Source of the DNA: a virus
Lineage: Duplodnaviria > Caudoviricetes
Length of the DNA: 64,000 nt
Virus record (IMG/VR): IMGVR_UViG_3300034374_009547
Strand: one strand, 5' to 3'
Part shown: positions 1 through 9,888 of the stretch, one piece after another
How the letters are laid out: each line of letters begins with the position of its first letter
How positions within the stretch are numbered: the first letter of the stretch is position 1
Notes under the pieces: model-generated
Told to the model about the DNA's origin: nothing
The model's input: only the letters and a program-made list of their open reading frames with translations
The model's database searches: none
Translations under genes and position numbers: made by a program

Positions 1-1
1 T

Positions 2-1327
2 AATAGCGGTCTTACAGGATTAAGCAGTTTGAGTGTAGTTGGCGCATTAAGTGGTGGTACACTTGCTAGTTCAGGAGATGCAAGTGTAGGCGGTAATTTT
101 ACGGTTACTGGTACAAGCACTTTTACTGGAAGCATCACAAGCGGCGCTATTTCAAGCACTGGTTCAATTATCACTACTGGCAATATAAGCAGTGGAACCT
201 TAACCGTAAACGGCGAAACCGTAGCAGCACAAGTTCAATCAGATTGGGCTATAGCAAACCAAAACGATGTAAGATTTATAAGAAATAAACCTGATTTAAA
301 CAATATTAACGAACTAAATGATATTGGCGATGTATTTGTTTCTGATGCATTACCAGGCGAAGTTCTAACATGGGACGGATTTAGTTGGCAATCTGAGCCA
401 GCGGCTGGCGGTATAGCACTGGCAGATCTAGAAGTAATATCAAATCCGCCATCAGGATCGGGTAGTCTTACATATAACGATGCAACTGGTACATTTACTT
501 TTACTCCTGCTGATCTTCCTACTACATTACAAGAATTGTCAAATGATCCCGGAGTTGATCCTGATTCATTCTATGTGAACGTTGGTTATCTAAATACAAA
601 TGAATATTTAAAACAATCTAGTGTTCTTGTGACCGCTGGTAGAATTAGTTTAGATAAAACCGTTGACGGAGTAATTACAATTAGTTTTGATGCAAGTGGT
701 TTACTTACTGCTGAAACAGACACACTTGCAAGTGTTGCTGCACGTGGAGCCGATGCAGAAACTGCTATTGTTGCAACAGCATTTAATGTTTCAGGCACAA
801 GTGTTTTAACAAGTACATTAAAAGATGTAGTTGTTGATAGTTTAGATAATGTTGGAAATTATACAACAACAAATGGTAATATCACAACAACAAACGGAGC
901 TATCACTGCTGGCGGCACTATACAAGGTAATACACTAACTGCTACGTCCGAAGGTAATATTCCAATCATCAATGGTGTAACACGAGTGCAAAACAGCGGT
1001 GGTAATGTTTTACTTAATGGTACACGAATAGATATTGACAACGGCTTACTTACATTACGTTCTAGTGCAATTGGCGGCCCTGCTTCACCAACTATTGGCG
1101 ATATATATTCAGATGGTGTTACAATATACTTTTATGCGCAGGACAACGGTAGCGGAAGCAATGGGTGGGTACAAATGCCAGGTCAATTTGGTACACTTGG
1201 TTTAAATTTACCTGTATTTGATAATGCAACTCCAGCAGGTGCAGTTAGAGGTGCAATGATATACGACGAAAATGATTTTAAAGTAAAAGTCTTTAATGGT
1301 ACCAGTTGGGAAACCGTAGGTCCGTAA
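2..1327 (+). CDS. Tail fibre / virion structural protein, 5'-truncated by the window edge
   Basis: Frame is open from position 2 (NSGLTGLSSLSVVG...). G/T/S-rich beta-repeats, a DVxxxxxxxGEVLTWDGxxW motif and a C-terminal GAMIYD...VFNGTSW module, all typical of phage fibres. Confidence 0.7.
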   Translation, partial: NSGLTGLSSLSVVGALSGGTLASSGDASVGGNFTVTGTSTFTGSITSGAISSTGSIITTGNISSGTLTVNGETVAAQVQSDWAIANQNDVRFIRNKPDLNNINELNDIGDVFVSDALPGEVLTWDGFSWQSEPAAGGIALADLEVISNPPSGSGSLTYNDATGTFTFTPADLPTTLQELSNDPGVDPDSFYVNVGYLNTNEYLKQSSVLVTAGRISLDKTVDGVITISFDASGLLTAETDTLASVAARGADAETAIVATAFNVSGTSVLTSTLKDVVVDSLDNVGNYTTTNGNITTTNGAITAGGTIQGNTLTATSEGNIPIINGVTRVQNSGGNVLLNGTRIDIDNGLLTLRSSAIGGPASPTIGDIYSDGVTIYFYAQDNGSGSNGWVQMPGQFGTLGLNLPVFDNATPAGAVRGAMIYDENDFKVKVFNGTSWETVGP

Positions 1328-1344
1328 TCATTAATACTTTCCGT

Positions 1345-1352
1345 GATAAATA
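1345..1352 (+). promoter_or_regulatory. T4-late-like promoter GATAAATA
   Basis: Intergenic, 18 nt upstream of the ATG at 1371; the same motif recurs before many structural genes. Confidence 0.6.
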
Positions 1353-1370
1353 TATAAAACGGAGATTAAT

Positions 1371-2048
1371 ATGGCAGTCCAAACTATTAACGTAGGTGCT
1401 CTTGCTAATGACGGCACAGGCGATGACCTAAGAGAAGCATTTATAAAAGCAAATGCTAATTTTGAAAACCTTGATATACGTCTAAGTAATGCTACAGATA
1501 TTGTAGGTGCAAGTGTTGGCGAAGGTCAAGCAGTTTTCAAAGAACAAGTAGGTACAACATTAAATTTTAGAAAACTTAGTGTAGACCCACTATTTCCAGA
1601 AACAATGGCAATACGTGTAAGCGATGACGGAAATACACTTTATTTTTCAAGCACACAAGCATATTACAGATTCACAGACGGCACTTACACATTAACTTCT
1701 CCTGTAGAAAGTGTAATTAATTTAACAGGTACTCAAGGAGCACAAGTAAGTGTAGATAACTCAACAAAGACAATCACTTTTGATAGTCAAATTGTTAGAG
1801 AAACAGCACCTCAATTAAATGCAGATCTGAATGCTGATAATAACGCATTGGTTAATGTATCTAGGTTGAATGATATATTACGTGAAGAATTGGATCGTGC
1901 ATTTAGTTGGGATTTTGGAGAGCTAGGATCAAATCGCACAAGTTTAATTGACTGGTTTATTAATGAAATTGATGTTGACTTTGGAACATTTATCTTAGGT
2001 AAAGATGTAAGTGTTGATTTAGGTTTGTTACCAGCAGTTTCGCCGTAA
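1371..2048 (+). CDS. Baseplate/tail-fibre attachment protein with T4 gp9/gp10-like N-terminus
   Basis: N-terminal INVGALANDGTGDDLREAFIKANANF motif characteristic of T4-like baseplate wedge proteins; GGAG RBS. Confidence 0.7.
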   Translation: MAVQTINVGALANDGTGDDLREAFIKANANFENLDIRLSNATDIVGASVGEGQAVFKEQVGTTLNFRKLSVDPLFPETMAIRVSDDGNTLYFSSTQAYYRFTDGTYTLTSPVESVINLTGTQGAQVSVDNSTKTITFDSQIVRETAPQLNADLNADNNALVNVSRLNDILREELDRAFSWDFGELGSNRTSLIDWFINEIDVDFGTFILGKDVSVDLGLLPAVSP

Positions 2049-2058
2049 GGAGGGTTAA

Positions 2059-5000
2059 ATGGCATTACCACAATGGACGGTTGCAACAGGTGCAGAATTA
2101 GCAACTTTTCAAGAACGCACAAATGTAGATATTGCTTTACCTTTAGATAGTACTGAAGGTATTACAATAAGTCATATTGCTGGTACTATACCTCCAGGCT
2201 TGAGAATAGAAAATTATAATTTAAAAGGAGTGCCTTTTGAAGTAGGAAAAACTACAGAATTTGAGTTTGTTGTAAGAGCAAGCAATGATGAAGGTATTGC
2301 TGATAGAACTTTACGTGTAAGAATTGAAGGCGAAGATGCACCACGTTGGATTACTCCTGCAGGTGATCTAGCAATTAGCACAACTCTAAGAAACAAGTAT
2401 TGGATTGACACAGAAAATACCAATTGGGGAATATTTGCAACAGGCGACACTAGTGTTTTTACTGCACAAACAATCACAATTTACAAAGGTATTCCAAGTA
2501 GAGACACAGGAGAAAATGGAGATTTTGCTTTTGTTACCGATGTACAACAATTTTGGTATAAAACAAATGATCGTTGGTATAGAGTTAACGAAACACAAAT
2601 GAAAGGAGCTCTTGGAACTGATACCGTATTAAAAGTTGATGCTACAACTCCTAATGCAAACTTAACAGACTTTTGGTTTAATTTAAACAAAACTACAAAC
2701 GGACTTAATTTAAGATTTAGATTTTATGACGAATCTGGCAACTCGCCTGTTTGGAAAAATGTTGATTATACCGTAAGTAAAACAGCACCAATTGATCCTA
2801 TAAACGATCAACTTTGGGTGCAAGTTTTTGATAACACATTTGATTTTATAATAAAAATATATGACTCTTTAGAAAAGAACTGGGAAGTTCTTAATGTAAT
2901 ATTTGACAACACACCTCCAGACAGAGTAAACCAAGCATATTTTGTTTTAGATAGTAGTGTTGTAGATTTCCAATTGCAAGCTATAGACAGCGATTTAGCA
3001 GCAGGAGAAAAGTTAAGATTTTTCATAGGTGACGATGATGGCGAGTTGCCTCCTGGTTTGAGTCTATCAGAAGATGGTAGAATTACCGGTATTGTAGATC
3101 CTATATTAGCACTTGACATCGATGCAGAACCAGGGTATGATAGCGGAACATATGATAATAATCCATTAGACTTTGGCAATATAGCAGACGACGATGGGTT
3201 TGATAGTTATTTTTATGACACAACTTTTTATGGATTTAGTACTCCTACTAGAGCTCCAAAAAAATTAAACAGATATTATAATTTTAGAGTTACGGTGGAA
3301 GATGATGTAAGTTCAGTAAAACGTGAGTTTAGAATGTATGTTGTAGGAGATGATTTTTTAAGAGCTGATAATACTATTATGAAATCCGGTACTGGTTTGT
3401 TTACAGCAGACAGCACATACTTACGTAAACCTATTTGGTTGACACCTGGAAATCTAGGATTCAAACGTGCTGATAATTATGTTACACTATTTTTAGATGT
3501 GTTTGATCCAAATTCACTTTTAGGCACAATTAGTTATAGTATAATGCCATTTAATGATGACGGCACACCAAGTGTCATTCCTCCAGGTTTAAAATTAGAT
3601 GGACTAACAGGTGAGCTTGCAGGTATTATACCATATCAACCATCAGTTACAAAAGAATATCGTTTTACTATTGAAGCACTAAGACAAGAAAGTGATAGCA
3701 ATGATATAGTAGAAATTAACACAAGTATCATAGAAGACACATTATCTGGTAAATCAAATATTAAAATTAGGAAATTACCAACGACCAGAGATGATGGTAT
3801 AAGTGACTTAGATAGTTTATTAGGTCAGACAATTAACATTGATAATAACATGTATGATGTTGAATCTGTTAGTGATATGAACGAGGATTATGATGTCTTA
3901 GAACTATCAAGACCATTAGAACCTACATATAAAGCAAGTAAACCATTAGAAATCTATAGAGATGCAATTAATGGTGATGGATTTTTATATGTTAAAGAAT
4001 TAAGTCAAGCAGATTTAGATTTTTATAAAAACAAAACATTAAATTACTCTTCGACAGAATCGTACAAATTAGTGGATGATTATTTAACTACAACATTATG
4101 GAAAGAATATGTTGAATATGAAATACAATCGGATGATAGTAGCGGAGATTTACAATTTAACTACACTTTAGCTGGAATTGAACCAGTTCCGGGTGAAACA
4201 TTTAGAGAAGCATTTGAAAGATATTTGCTTACATTTGATGTTACAACAAGTGAATACAGAATTATCACATTTAGCGATAGATATATAAATTTTGAAATAT
4301 TAAGCACTGATAAAACAAGAACAAGAAATAAATTTGTTAGTGTAATTAGCAGTGACGATAGCAGTGTTGTAAACACCACACGTAGCGATCCTTTTTACAA
4401 AGTTCCTTTGAGTGCAAATTTAACAAGATCAATTTCAAAAAATACACAAATTACTTTTGGTGCTTTAGCTCAAACATTAATTGTACAAAGAATAAGCACA
4501 ACTAATATAGAGGTTGTATCTACACAGAAAACATTTACAATAAATGTTTTAGGAGATGTATCAAGTGAAATTAACTGGATAACTGGTAACGATTTAGGTA
4601 ATATACTTGCTAACAGAATCAGTACATTGAAAATAGAGGCAACTACAACATTGGAAGGGTCTTCATTACGATATGATTTGATTGGTGGTAAACTTCCATT
4701 TGGTTTAACATTAAAACGTGATGGTGAACTTGTTGGTAAAGCAAACCAATATAGTAATTCACAAGGGTTAGGTCTGACTACAATTGACTCACGTACTACG
4801 ACATTTGACGGTAGTACTACAACTATTGACAGGAAATATAGATTTAAGGTTTTGGCTAGAGATCGTTTTGGTTATAGTGCAAGTGTGCGTGAATTTACTC
4901 TTGTAGTCAATGATGTTGATTCTAAAGTATATTCAAATGTATTCATGCAACCATTTCCTAATATTACACAAAAAACTGCATTCGAATCATTTATAAATGA

Positions 5001-5946
5001 CTATAGAGTTTTCACTCCTGAATACATTTACAGACCATTTGATGAAAATTTTGGGGTACAAAAAAATCTTCGTACACTAGCCTATGCAGGAATAGAAGCT
5101 AAATCTATAAGTTACTTTGTAGCTGCTGCTACAAAAAATCATAAGAAAAAGCAGTTTAGATTTGGAGAATTAAAAACTGCCATAGCAAAAAAACCTGGTA
5201 CAAACGATGTTGTCTATGAAGTTGTATATGTTGAAATTGTTGATCCTATGCAACCAAATGTAGGAAACACAAATTTTACGGTAAGGTCTAAAACAGGAGA
5301 AGCATTAAAAGTCAATGATGTAAAATTAGAAACTAAAGATGATGTTACTGCTATAGATGAAGGTGCTGATGTTTATACTATTACGCCAAGAGACGGTGAA
5401 ATTATACGTATTCCAACTAGTCAAGGAACTATTTCTATTACTACAAGAGAAGGAGTAGTAGAGGTACCAGCACAAGCACAATTAGAAATTGTTGCACAAG
5501 ATGGTACAATAATTGTATTTAGATCAACAGGTACAACTGCTGCTAATGATACAGCTACAAATAGACTGAGACCAAAATATGATGTAATTACTATTGATAA
5601 TAACAGCATACTTGTAAGTCAAAATGCAAATGTACTACGTTATATTAGTAACATAGGAAATATGCGAAAACGAATAGAAGAAATAGGAGCAAATGAAAGA
5701 GAATATTTGCCTCTTTGGATGCGTAGTAGTCAAACCACTACAGGACAAGAACTTGATTATGTTACAGCAATGCCATTATGTTTCTGTAAACCAGGAACAG
5801 GTGAGTTGGTAAAAGAAAATATTATCAATAATGGATTTGAGTTTAATCAAATTAAATACGAAATTGACAGATATATTGTAAGTAATACAGCTAATAACGA
5901 AAATGAACAATTTGTTGTATTTGGAAATTATAAGTATAATGTTTAA
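2059..5946 (+). CDS. Large baseplate wedge-like structural protein with putative Ig (He_PIG-like) repeats, 1295 aa
   Basis: Repeated LPPGL-x-L-xx-xG-x-(I/L)-xG motifs (four copies) and W-x-T-xx-G-x-L motifs; lies among structural genes. Confidence 0.65.
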   Translation: MALPQWTVATGAELATFQERTNVDIALPLDSTEGITISHIAGTIPPGLRIENYNLKGVPFEVGKTTEFEFVVRASNDEGIADRTLRVRIEGEDAPRWITPAGDLAISTTLRNKYWIDTENTNWGIFATGDTSVFTAQTITIYKGIPSRDTGENGDFAFVTDVQQFWYKTNDRWYRVNETQMKGALGTDTVLKVDATTPNANLTDFWFNLNKTTNGLNLRFRFYDESGNSPVWKNVDYTVSKTAPIDPINDQLWVQVFDNTFDFIIKIYDSLEKNWEVLNVIFDNTPPDRVNQAYFVLDSSVVDFQLQAIDSDLAAGEKLRFFIGDDDGELPPGLSLSEDGRITGIVDPILALDIDAEPGYDSGTYDNNPLDFGNIADDDGFDSYFYDTTFYGFSTPTRAPKKLNRYYNFRVTVEDDVSSVKREFRMYVVGDDFLRADNTIMKSGTGLFTADSTYLRKPIWLTPGNLGFKRADNYVTLFLDVFDPNSLLGTISYSIMPFNDDGTPSVIPPGLKLDGLTGELAGIIPYQPSVTKEYRFTIEALRQESDSNDIVEINTSIIEDTLSGKSNIKIRKLPTTRDDGISDLDSLLGQTINIDNNMYDVESVSDMNEDYDVLELSRPLEPTYKASKPLEIYRDAINGDGFLYVKELSQADLDFYKNKTLNYSSTESYKLVDDYLTTTLWKEYVEYEIQSDDSSGDLQFNYTLAGIEPVPGETFREAFERYLLTFDVTTSEYRIITFSDRYINFEILSTDKTRTRNKFVSVISSDDSSVVNTTRSDPFYKVPLSANLTRSISKNTQITFGALAQTLIVQRISTTNIEVVSTQKTFTINVLGDVSSEINWITGNDLGNILANRISTLKIEATTTLEGSSLRYDLIGGKLPFGLTLKRDGELVGKANQYSNSQGLGLTTIDSRTTTFDGSTTTIDRKYRFKVLARDRFGYSASVREFTLVVNDVDSKVYSNVFMQPFPNITQKTAFESFINDYRVFTPEYIYRPFDENFGVQKNLRTLAYAGIEAKSISYFVAAATKNHKKKQFRFGELKTAIAKKPGTNDVVYEVVYVEIVDPMQPNVGNTNFTVRSKTGEALKVNDVKLETKDDVTAIDEGADVYTITPRDGEIIRIPTSQGTISITTREGVVEVPAQAQLEIVAQDGTIIVFRSTGTTAANDTATNRLRPKYDVITIDNNSILVSQNANVLRYISNIGNMRKRIEEIGANEREYLPLWMRSSQTTTGQELDYVTAMPLCFCKPGTGELVKENIINNGFEFNQIKYEIDRYIVSNTANNENEQFVVFGNYKYNV

Positions 5947-5949
5947 GGT

Positions 5950-5957
5950 GATAAATA
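5950..5957 (+). promoter_or_regulatory. T4-late-like promoter GATAAATA
   Basis: Intergenic, upstream of the GAGGA RBS and the ATG at 5980. Confidence 0.6.
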
Positions 5958-5979
5958 TATTTGTTAGAGAGGAATAATA

Positions 5980-6591
5980 ATGGCCAGTAATATTAGTGTT
6001 GAGCAAATTGATGTAAATTTTCCAATTGCAGGACAAGATAATGATTCACAAGGATTTAGAGATAATTTTAATATTATCGAAAATAATTTTGTAGAAGCAA
6101 GGGGTGAAATTAATGCTTTGCAAGCAAATACTATTTTAAAAGGTCCTTTGGCATCAGGGGATGTTATTGATAACAATTTTAATAACGAAACAATCTATAG
6201 ATATGTTGCGAAAGAGCAATCATTAACACATACTAACAGACTCTCTGGTATTTCTGCCGATGCTGAATTAAGTTTTCAGTCTGGTCACTATTTTACAATT
6301 ACCGCACAAGCCAATATTACATTAACAATAAACGGATGGCCTACTAATGACGAATATTCAGAATTGTATATTCATGTTTATGGTGACGGTGGTGCAACAA
6401 GGACGGTAACATTTGCAAGTGAGTATGGTGCAAGTCAAAGTAGTTTAATGCAAGTTGATGCATCTTTTGGTGGTAGTCCACAAATTACCACAACACTAGC
6501 AAGCAACGACAGCACTTTAATTAAAGCATTTACTTATAACAATGGTGGTAAAGTGTTTTTGCAAAACTTAGGTGCATATTCTCAAGTATGA
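5980..6591 (+). CDS. Probable virion structural protein
   Basis: 203-aa ORF with RBS and late promoter; N-terminal FPIAGQDNDSQGFRDNF motif followed by a beta-rich region. Confidence 0.5.
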   Translation: MASNISVEQIDVNFPIAGQDNDSQGFRDNFNIIENNFVEARGEINALQANTILKGPLASGDVIDNNFNNETIYRYVAKEQSLTHTNRLSGISADAELSFQSGHYFTITAQANITLTINGWPTNDEYSELYIHVYGDGGATRTVTFASEYGASQSSLMQVDASFGGSPQITTTLASNDSTLIKAFTYNNGGKVFLQNLGAYSQV

Positions 6592-6824
6592 TGCATCCTT
6601 TACAAGAAAATCTTGCAGAATATTCTGACGCAGTTTTAGAACAAAAACTTCTAAAATTAAATCATATGTATTTTGTTACGGATAATCCAGATGTAAGACA
6701 TCAAATGATATTGTTAATGGATGGATATAAATTAGAATTAGAAGCAAGAAGAACTGCTGCTAAGTTAAAACAACAACAAGAAAATGGTGATAATTCTCTT
6801 GACGATTTAATAAACGTGTCATAA
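6588..6824 (+). CDS. Hypothetical coiled-coil protein
   Basis: ATGA overlap with upstream stop; normal codon use. Confidence 0.6.
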   Translation: MMHPLQENLAEYSDAVLEQKLLKLNHMYFVTDNPDVRHQMILLMDGYKLELEARRTAAKLKQQQENGDNSLDDLINVS

Positions 6825-6827
6825 AAT
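6799..6827 (+). promoter_or_regulatory. Sigma70-like early promoter TTGACG-N17-TAAAAT
   Basis: Exact 17-nt spacing; immediately upstream of the DnaE fragment. Confidence 0.55.
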
Positions 6828-6833
6828 ACATAT

Positions 6834-7367
6834 ATGCTTATGAGAACTGATGATTTAGGTATCCCACGATTTAGTAATCGCGATTTAATCGATATGATTT
6901 ATAGTGGTCAATCGGATAAAGTTCATGTGGTATTGTGTAATCCAAGTGATGACGTAGACAAATTTAATGCGGCAATGGAAGAACAAGGGTTTAACAAACT
7001 ACAGAAGTATATTCCACTAGATGTAGATCAAAAGACTTTTGACGGTGTATGTCAAAGTGAATGGTTTATGCCTGATGAATATAAAGCGATTAGCGTATAT
7101 GAATATGTTCTAGGTAAAGCAGAAACACCTTGTCCACAACACGTACAAGATCGCATTTGGGAAGAACTAGATGCTTTTAAAGAACGTAATATGCATAACT
7201 TACTACGCTATATGATCTATCTTGTAGATTTTATGCGTGAGAACGATATTGTATGGGGTGTAGGACGTGGATCTAGTGTAGCAAGTTATGTATTGTATTT
7301 GATTGGTGTACACAGAATTGATAGCATAAAATACAATTTAGACTGGCGTGAATTTTTACGTGACTAA
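6834..7367 (+). CDS. dnaE: DNA polymerase III alpha subunit (family C) fragment, 177 aa
   Basis: VWGVGRGSSVASYVLYLIGVHRIDSIKYNL matches the DnaE GRGSxxGSLVAYxLGITxxDP signature; the protein ends before the catalytic PDxDxD motif. Confidence 0.8.
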   Translation: MLMRTDDLGIPRFSNRDLIDMIYSGQSDKVHVVLCNPSDDVDKFNAAMEEQGFNKLQKYIPLDVDQKTFDGVCQSEWFMPDEYKAISVYEYVLGKAETPCPQHVQDRIWEELDAFKERNMHNLLRYMIYLVDFMRENDIVWGVGRGSSVASYVLYLIGVHRIDSIKYNLDWREFLRD

Positions 7368-7370
7368 ATA
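7364..7370 (+). promoter_or_regulatory. Late-like promoter CTAAATA
   Basis: Directly after the dnaE stop and before the AGGAG RBS. Confidence 0.45.
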
Positions 7371-7387
7371 TGTGTATATTTTAGGAG

Positions 7388-7825
7388 ATGCCAATGGCAA
7401 TGAAACAAAAAGGTCGTAAGACATATAGGAGTATGAAAGGTAAGGTTGTTGATTTAGACTTGCTGATCAAACGCAATGAACTCACACCTGCTGTCGGTAA
7501 TGCTCGTGTAAATGCTCGTGGCGACGAATTAGGTCCTGGCGGTAAAATTATTCGTAAAAGAGAAGAAGTGATGCAGGACTACTATAAAGGATCGGCACCT
7601 GTTGTTCACGAAAGTGCAGAAGTAGATGCACCTGTTGAAACAAAATTAACATCAGCAGAAGTTCAAAAACTTGCTGAATTTGACGAAGAACCTGTTCCGC
7701 CAAAACCACAAGCACAAGCACAAGCACAACCAAAAAAAGCATCAGCAACTACAAGCAAAAATACTTCTTCTACGCCTGAATGGGTGGAAGATGAAGATGG
7801 AAATTTTGTAAAAAAAGGTGAATAA
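7388..7825 (+). CDS. Hypothetical protein with QA repeats and acidic C-terminus
   Basis: RBS AGGAG; tandem CAAGCA repeats encode QAQAQAQ. Confidence 0.65.
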   Translation: MPMAMKQKGRKTYRSMKGKVVDLDLLIKRNELTPAVGNARVNARGDELGPGGKIIRKREEVMQDYYKGSAPVVHESAEVDAPVETKLTSAEVQKLAEFDEEPVPPKPQAQAQAQPKKASATTSKNTSSTPEWVEDEDGNFVKKGE

Positions 7826-8223
7826 TGGCAATTAACACAAATATTATTAATGGTAAATTATCTCCAATTGGTAACAGAGTGATAGTAAGTAATATGTATT
7901 TTGGAGAACAAAAAACCAAAGGTGGATTAATCATTAGAGATGATGATGGTACTACAAGAGGTATTTATCCACGTTGGGGTCAAGTCCATTCTAAAGGCCC
8001 TGATAACATTGACGATTATCAAGTAGGCGATTGGGTTTTAGTTGAACACGGACGTTGGACAAGAAGTGTAAAAATCGATGAAGGCAAAGGTGAGACTGAA
8101 CTACGTATGGTAGAAGCAGAAAGTATTTTAGGATTTAGTAAAGAAAAACCAAATGATGTGCAGTTTGGTGCAGAATATTCTGACGGTCCTGCAGAAATCA
8201 AACCTGAATCATTTGTAAACTAA
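7825..8223 (+). CDS. groES: Co-chaperonin GroES-like protein
   Basis: LSPIGNRVIV...EQKTKGGLII...GQVHSKGP...VGDWVL follows the Cpn10 pattern (PLxDRVLV, TxGGI, VGD-x-V). Confidence 0.8.
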   Translation: MAINTNIINGKLSPIGNRVIVSNMYFGEQKTKGGLIIRDDDGTTRGIYPRWGQVHSKGPDNIDDYQVGDWVLVEHGRWTRSVKIDEGKGETELRMVEAESILGFSKEKPNDVQFGAEYSDGPAEIKPESFVN

Positions 8224-8232
8224 GAGGTTGTA

Positions 8233-8592
8233 ATGACAAATCCATTTGAAGATATTGAACGCTTTGGCTCAGCGTGTGATCAAGAGCCATCAGAAGCAAA
8301 CTATGATATGTATCTCAGCCTTATTGCAGAAGAATACAACGAACTTGCAGATGCTATTGCAGCAGATGATCGTGTAGAACAACTAGATGCACTAATCGAT
8401 ATTCTTGTTGTTACTATGGGTGCTATACGTGCCGGTGGCTACGATGGTGAAGGTGCTTGGCGTGAAGTAATGGATACTAACTTTGCAAAGATTGACCCAG
8501 ACACAGGTAAAGTTCGCAAACGTGAAGATGGCAAGGTACTAAAGCCAGAAGGTTGGGAACCACCACAACTTGCTAAATTTATAGGAGATTGA
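8233..8592 (+). CDS. MazG-like / phosphoribosyl-ATP pyrophosphohydrolase-like all-alpha NTP pyrophosphatase
   Basis: EEYNEL...EQLDALID metal-binding helices and an NFAK...DGKVLKPEGW tail. Confidence 0.75.
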   Translation: MTNPFEDIERFGSACDQEPSEANYDMYLSLIAEEYNELADAIAADDRVEQLDALIDILVVTMGAIRAGGYDGEGAWREVMDTNFAKIDPDTGKVRKREDGKVLKPEGWEPPQLAKFIGD

Positions 8593-8593
8593 T

Positions 8594-9277
8594 ATGAATA
8601 CTAGAACAATGACCAGTGCTTACTATGACGAAGCACTGAGAACTTTTATGCTTGCACTATATAACTACACTGCAATTGGTTTGGCAATTACAGGTTTAGT
8701 TGCATATCTAACTTATGCAAGTGGATTAATGTACGCAATGGGTCCACTAATGTGGGTAGCAGTGTTTGCTCCACTTGGTATGATCCTATACTATAGTTTT
8801 GCTGGACAAAACTGGAGTTTTGAAACTACAAGAACTTTCTACTATGTGTTTACAGCAGTAATGGGCATTAGTATGAGCACAATCTTTGCTGTATATACAG
8901 CAATCAGTATTGCTCAAGTGTTCTTTATTACAGCAGCAACATTTGCTAGTGCTAGTTTGTATGGTTATACTACCAAAAAAGACCTAAGCGGTTGGGGTAG
9001 TTTTTTACTAGTTGGATTGATTGGTATTATCATTGCAAGCATTGTTAATATCTTTTTGCAAAGCAGTGCTCTTGAATTTGCAGTAAGTGTGATTGGGGTG
9101 TTGATTTTTACAGGTCTTACAGCATACGATACACAACATGCTAAAAGTATGTTTGTAAGTGGACGTATGAACGCAAAAGAAACAGCCAAATTTGCTATTC
9201 AAATGGCACTGAGCTTGTATCTAAACTTTATCAATCTATTCCAAATGTTGCTGAGTTTACTCGGCAATAGAGAATGA
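8594..9277 (+). CDS. Bax inhibitor-1 / YccA family membrane protein
   Basis: About 7 hydrophobic segments; YGYTTKKDLSGWG, GLTAYDTQ and ALSLYLNFINLF motifs of the BI-1/YccA family. Confidence 0.85.
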   Translation: MNTRTMTSAYYDEALRTFMLALYNYTAIGLAITGLVAYLTYASGLMYAMGPLMWVAVFAPLGMILYYSFAGQNWSFETTRTFYYVFTAVMGISMSTIFAVYTAISIAQVFFITAATFASASLYGYTTKKDLSGWGSFLLVGLIGIIIASIVNIFLQSSALEFAVSVIGVLIFTGLTAYDTQHAKSMFVSGRMNAKETAKFAIQMALSLYLNFINLFQMLLSLLGNRE

Positions 9278-9888
9278 TTCTTTGTGACGTAGAATTTGAA
9301 CTACCAAAAGGCCCTGTCGGTGTGTTGTGCAGCGGCGGGGCTGATAGTTCATTAATCCTTTATTTGTTAATGAAACATAGTAATCAACCATTACATGTCC
9401 TTACAATGGCAAATAGAAAAAAACATTTTACTAATGCTATAGTTGTAAGTAAAGTAATAGATTGGTGTATGAAAAAAACAAACAATAATAATATTGTACA
9501 TACCGTAAAATACGTCGATGAGCAAACAGACGAGCAATTACAACAACTAACAATTCAACATCTAAAAGTATTCCGTACAATTTACATTGGTGATACTTGT
9601 TATCCACCAGAAGATATACATGATGAATTTGTACAAAATACAGGCGATAGTTTTAATAAACTAGAAGATAGAAAACCAAATAAAAATCGTGCAACAAAAG
9701 CAGGGCCAATATATGTTCCATTTACAAATTATAACAAAAGAAAAATAGCCGAAATATACGAACATCTTGATATTATGGAACTTGCAGATATTACTCGCAG
9801 TTGCGAAACATTTGAAGATATTGGTACAAAACATTGTGGTAACTGCTGGTGGTGCAAAGAAAGAGAATGGGCTTTTGATAAACGGTAA
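9274..9888 (+). CDS. queC: QueC-like PP-loop ATPase (7-cyano-7-deazaguanine synthase-like)
   Basis: VLCSGGADSS PP-loop and TRSCE...HCGNCWWCKER zinc motif; short and divergent. Confidence 0.6.
   Translation: MILCDVEFELPKGPVGVLCSGGADSSLILYLLMKHSNQPLHVLTMANRKKHFTNAIVVSKVIDWCMKKTNNNNIVHTVKYVDEQTDEQLQQLTIQHLKVFRTIYIGDTCYPPEDIHDEFVQNTGDSFNKLEDRKPNKNRATKAGPIYVPFTNYNKRKIAEIYEHLDIMELADITRSCETFEDIGTKHCGNCWWCKEREWAFDKR

Noticed and set aside
7706-7730. Tandem CAAGCA repeats; also Pro-Ala repeats at about 20250-20330 and ACAGGT repeats at about 63860-63990
   Set aside because: Explained by low-complexity protein linkers or fibre repeats
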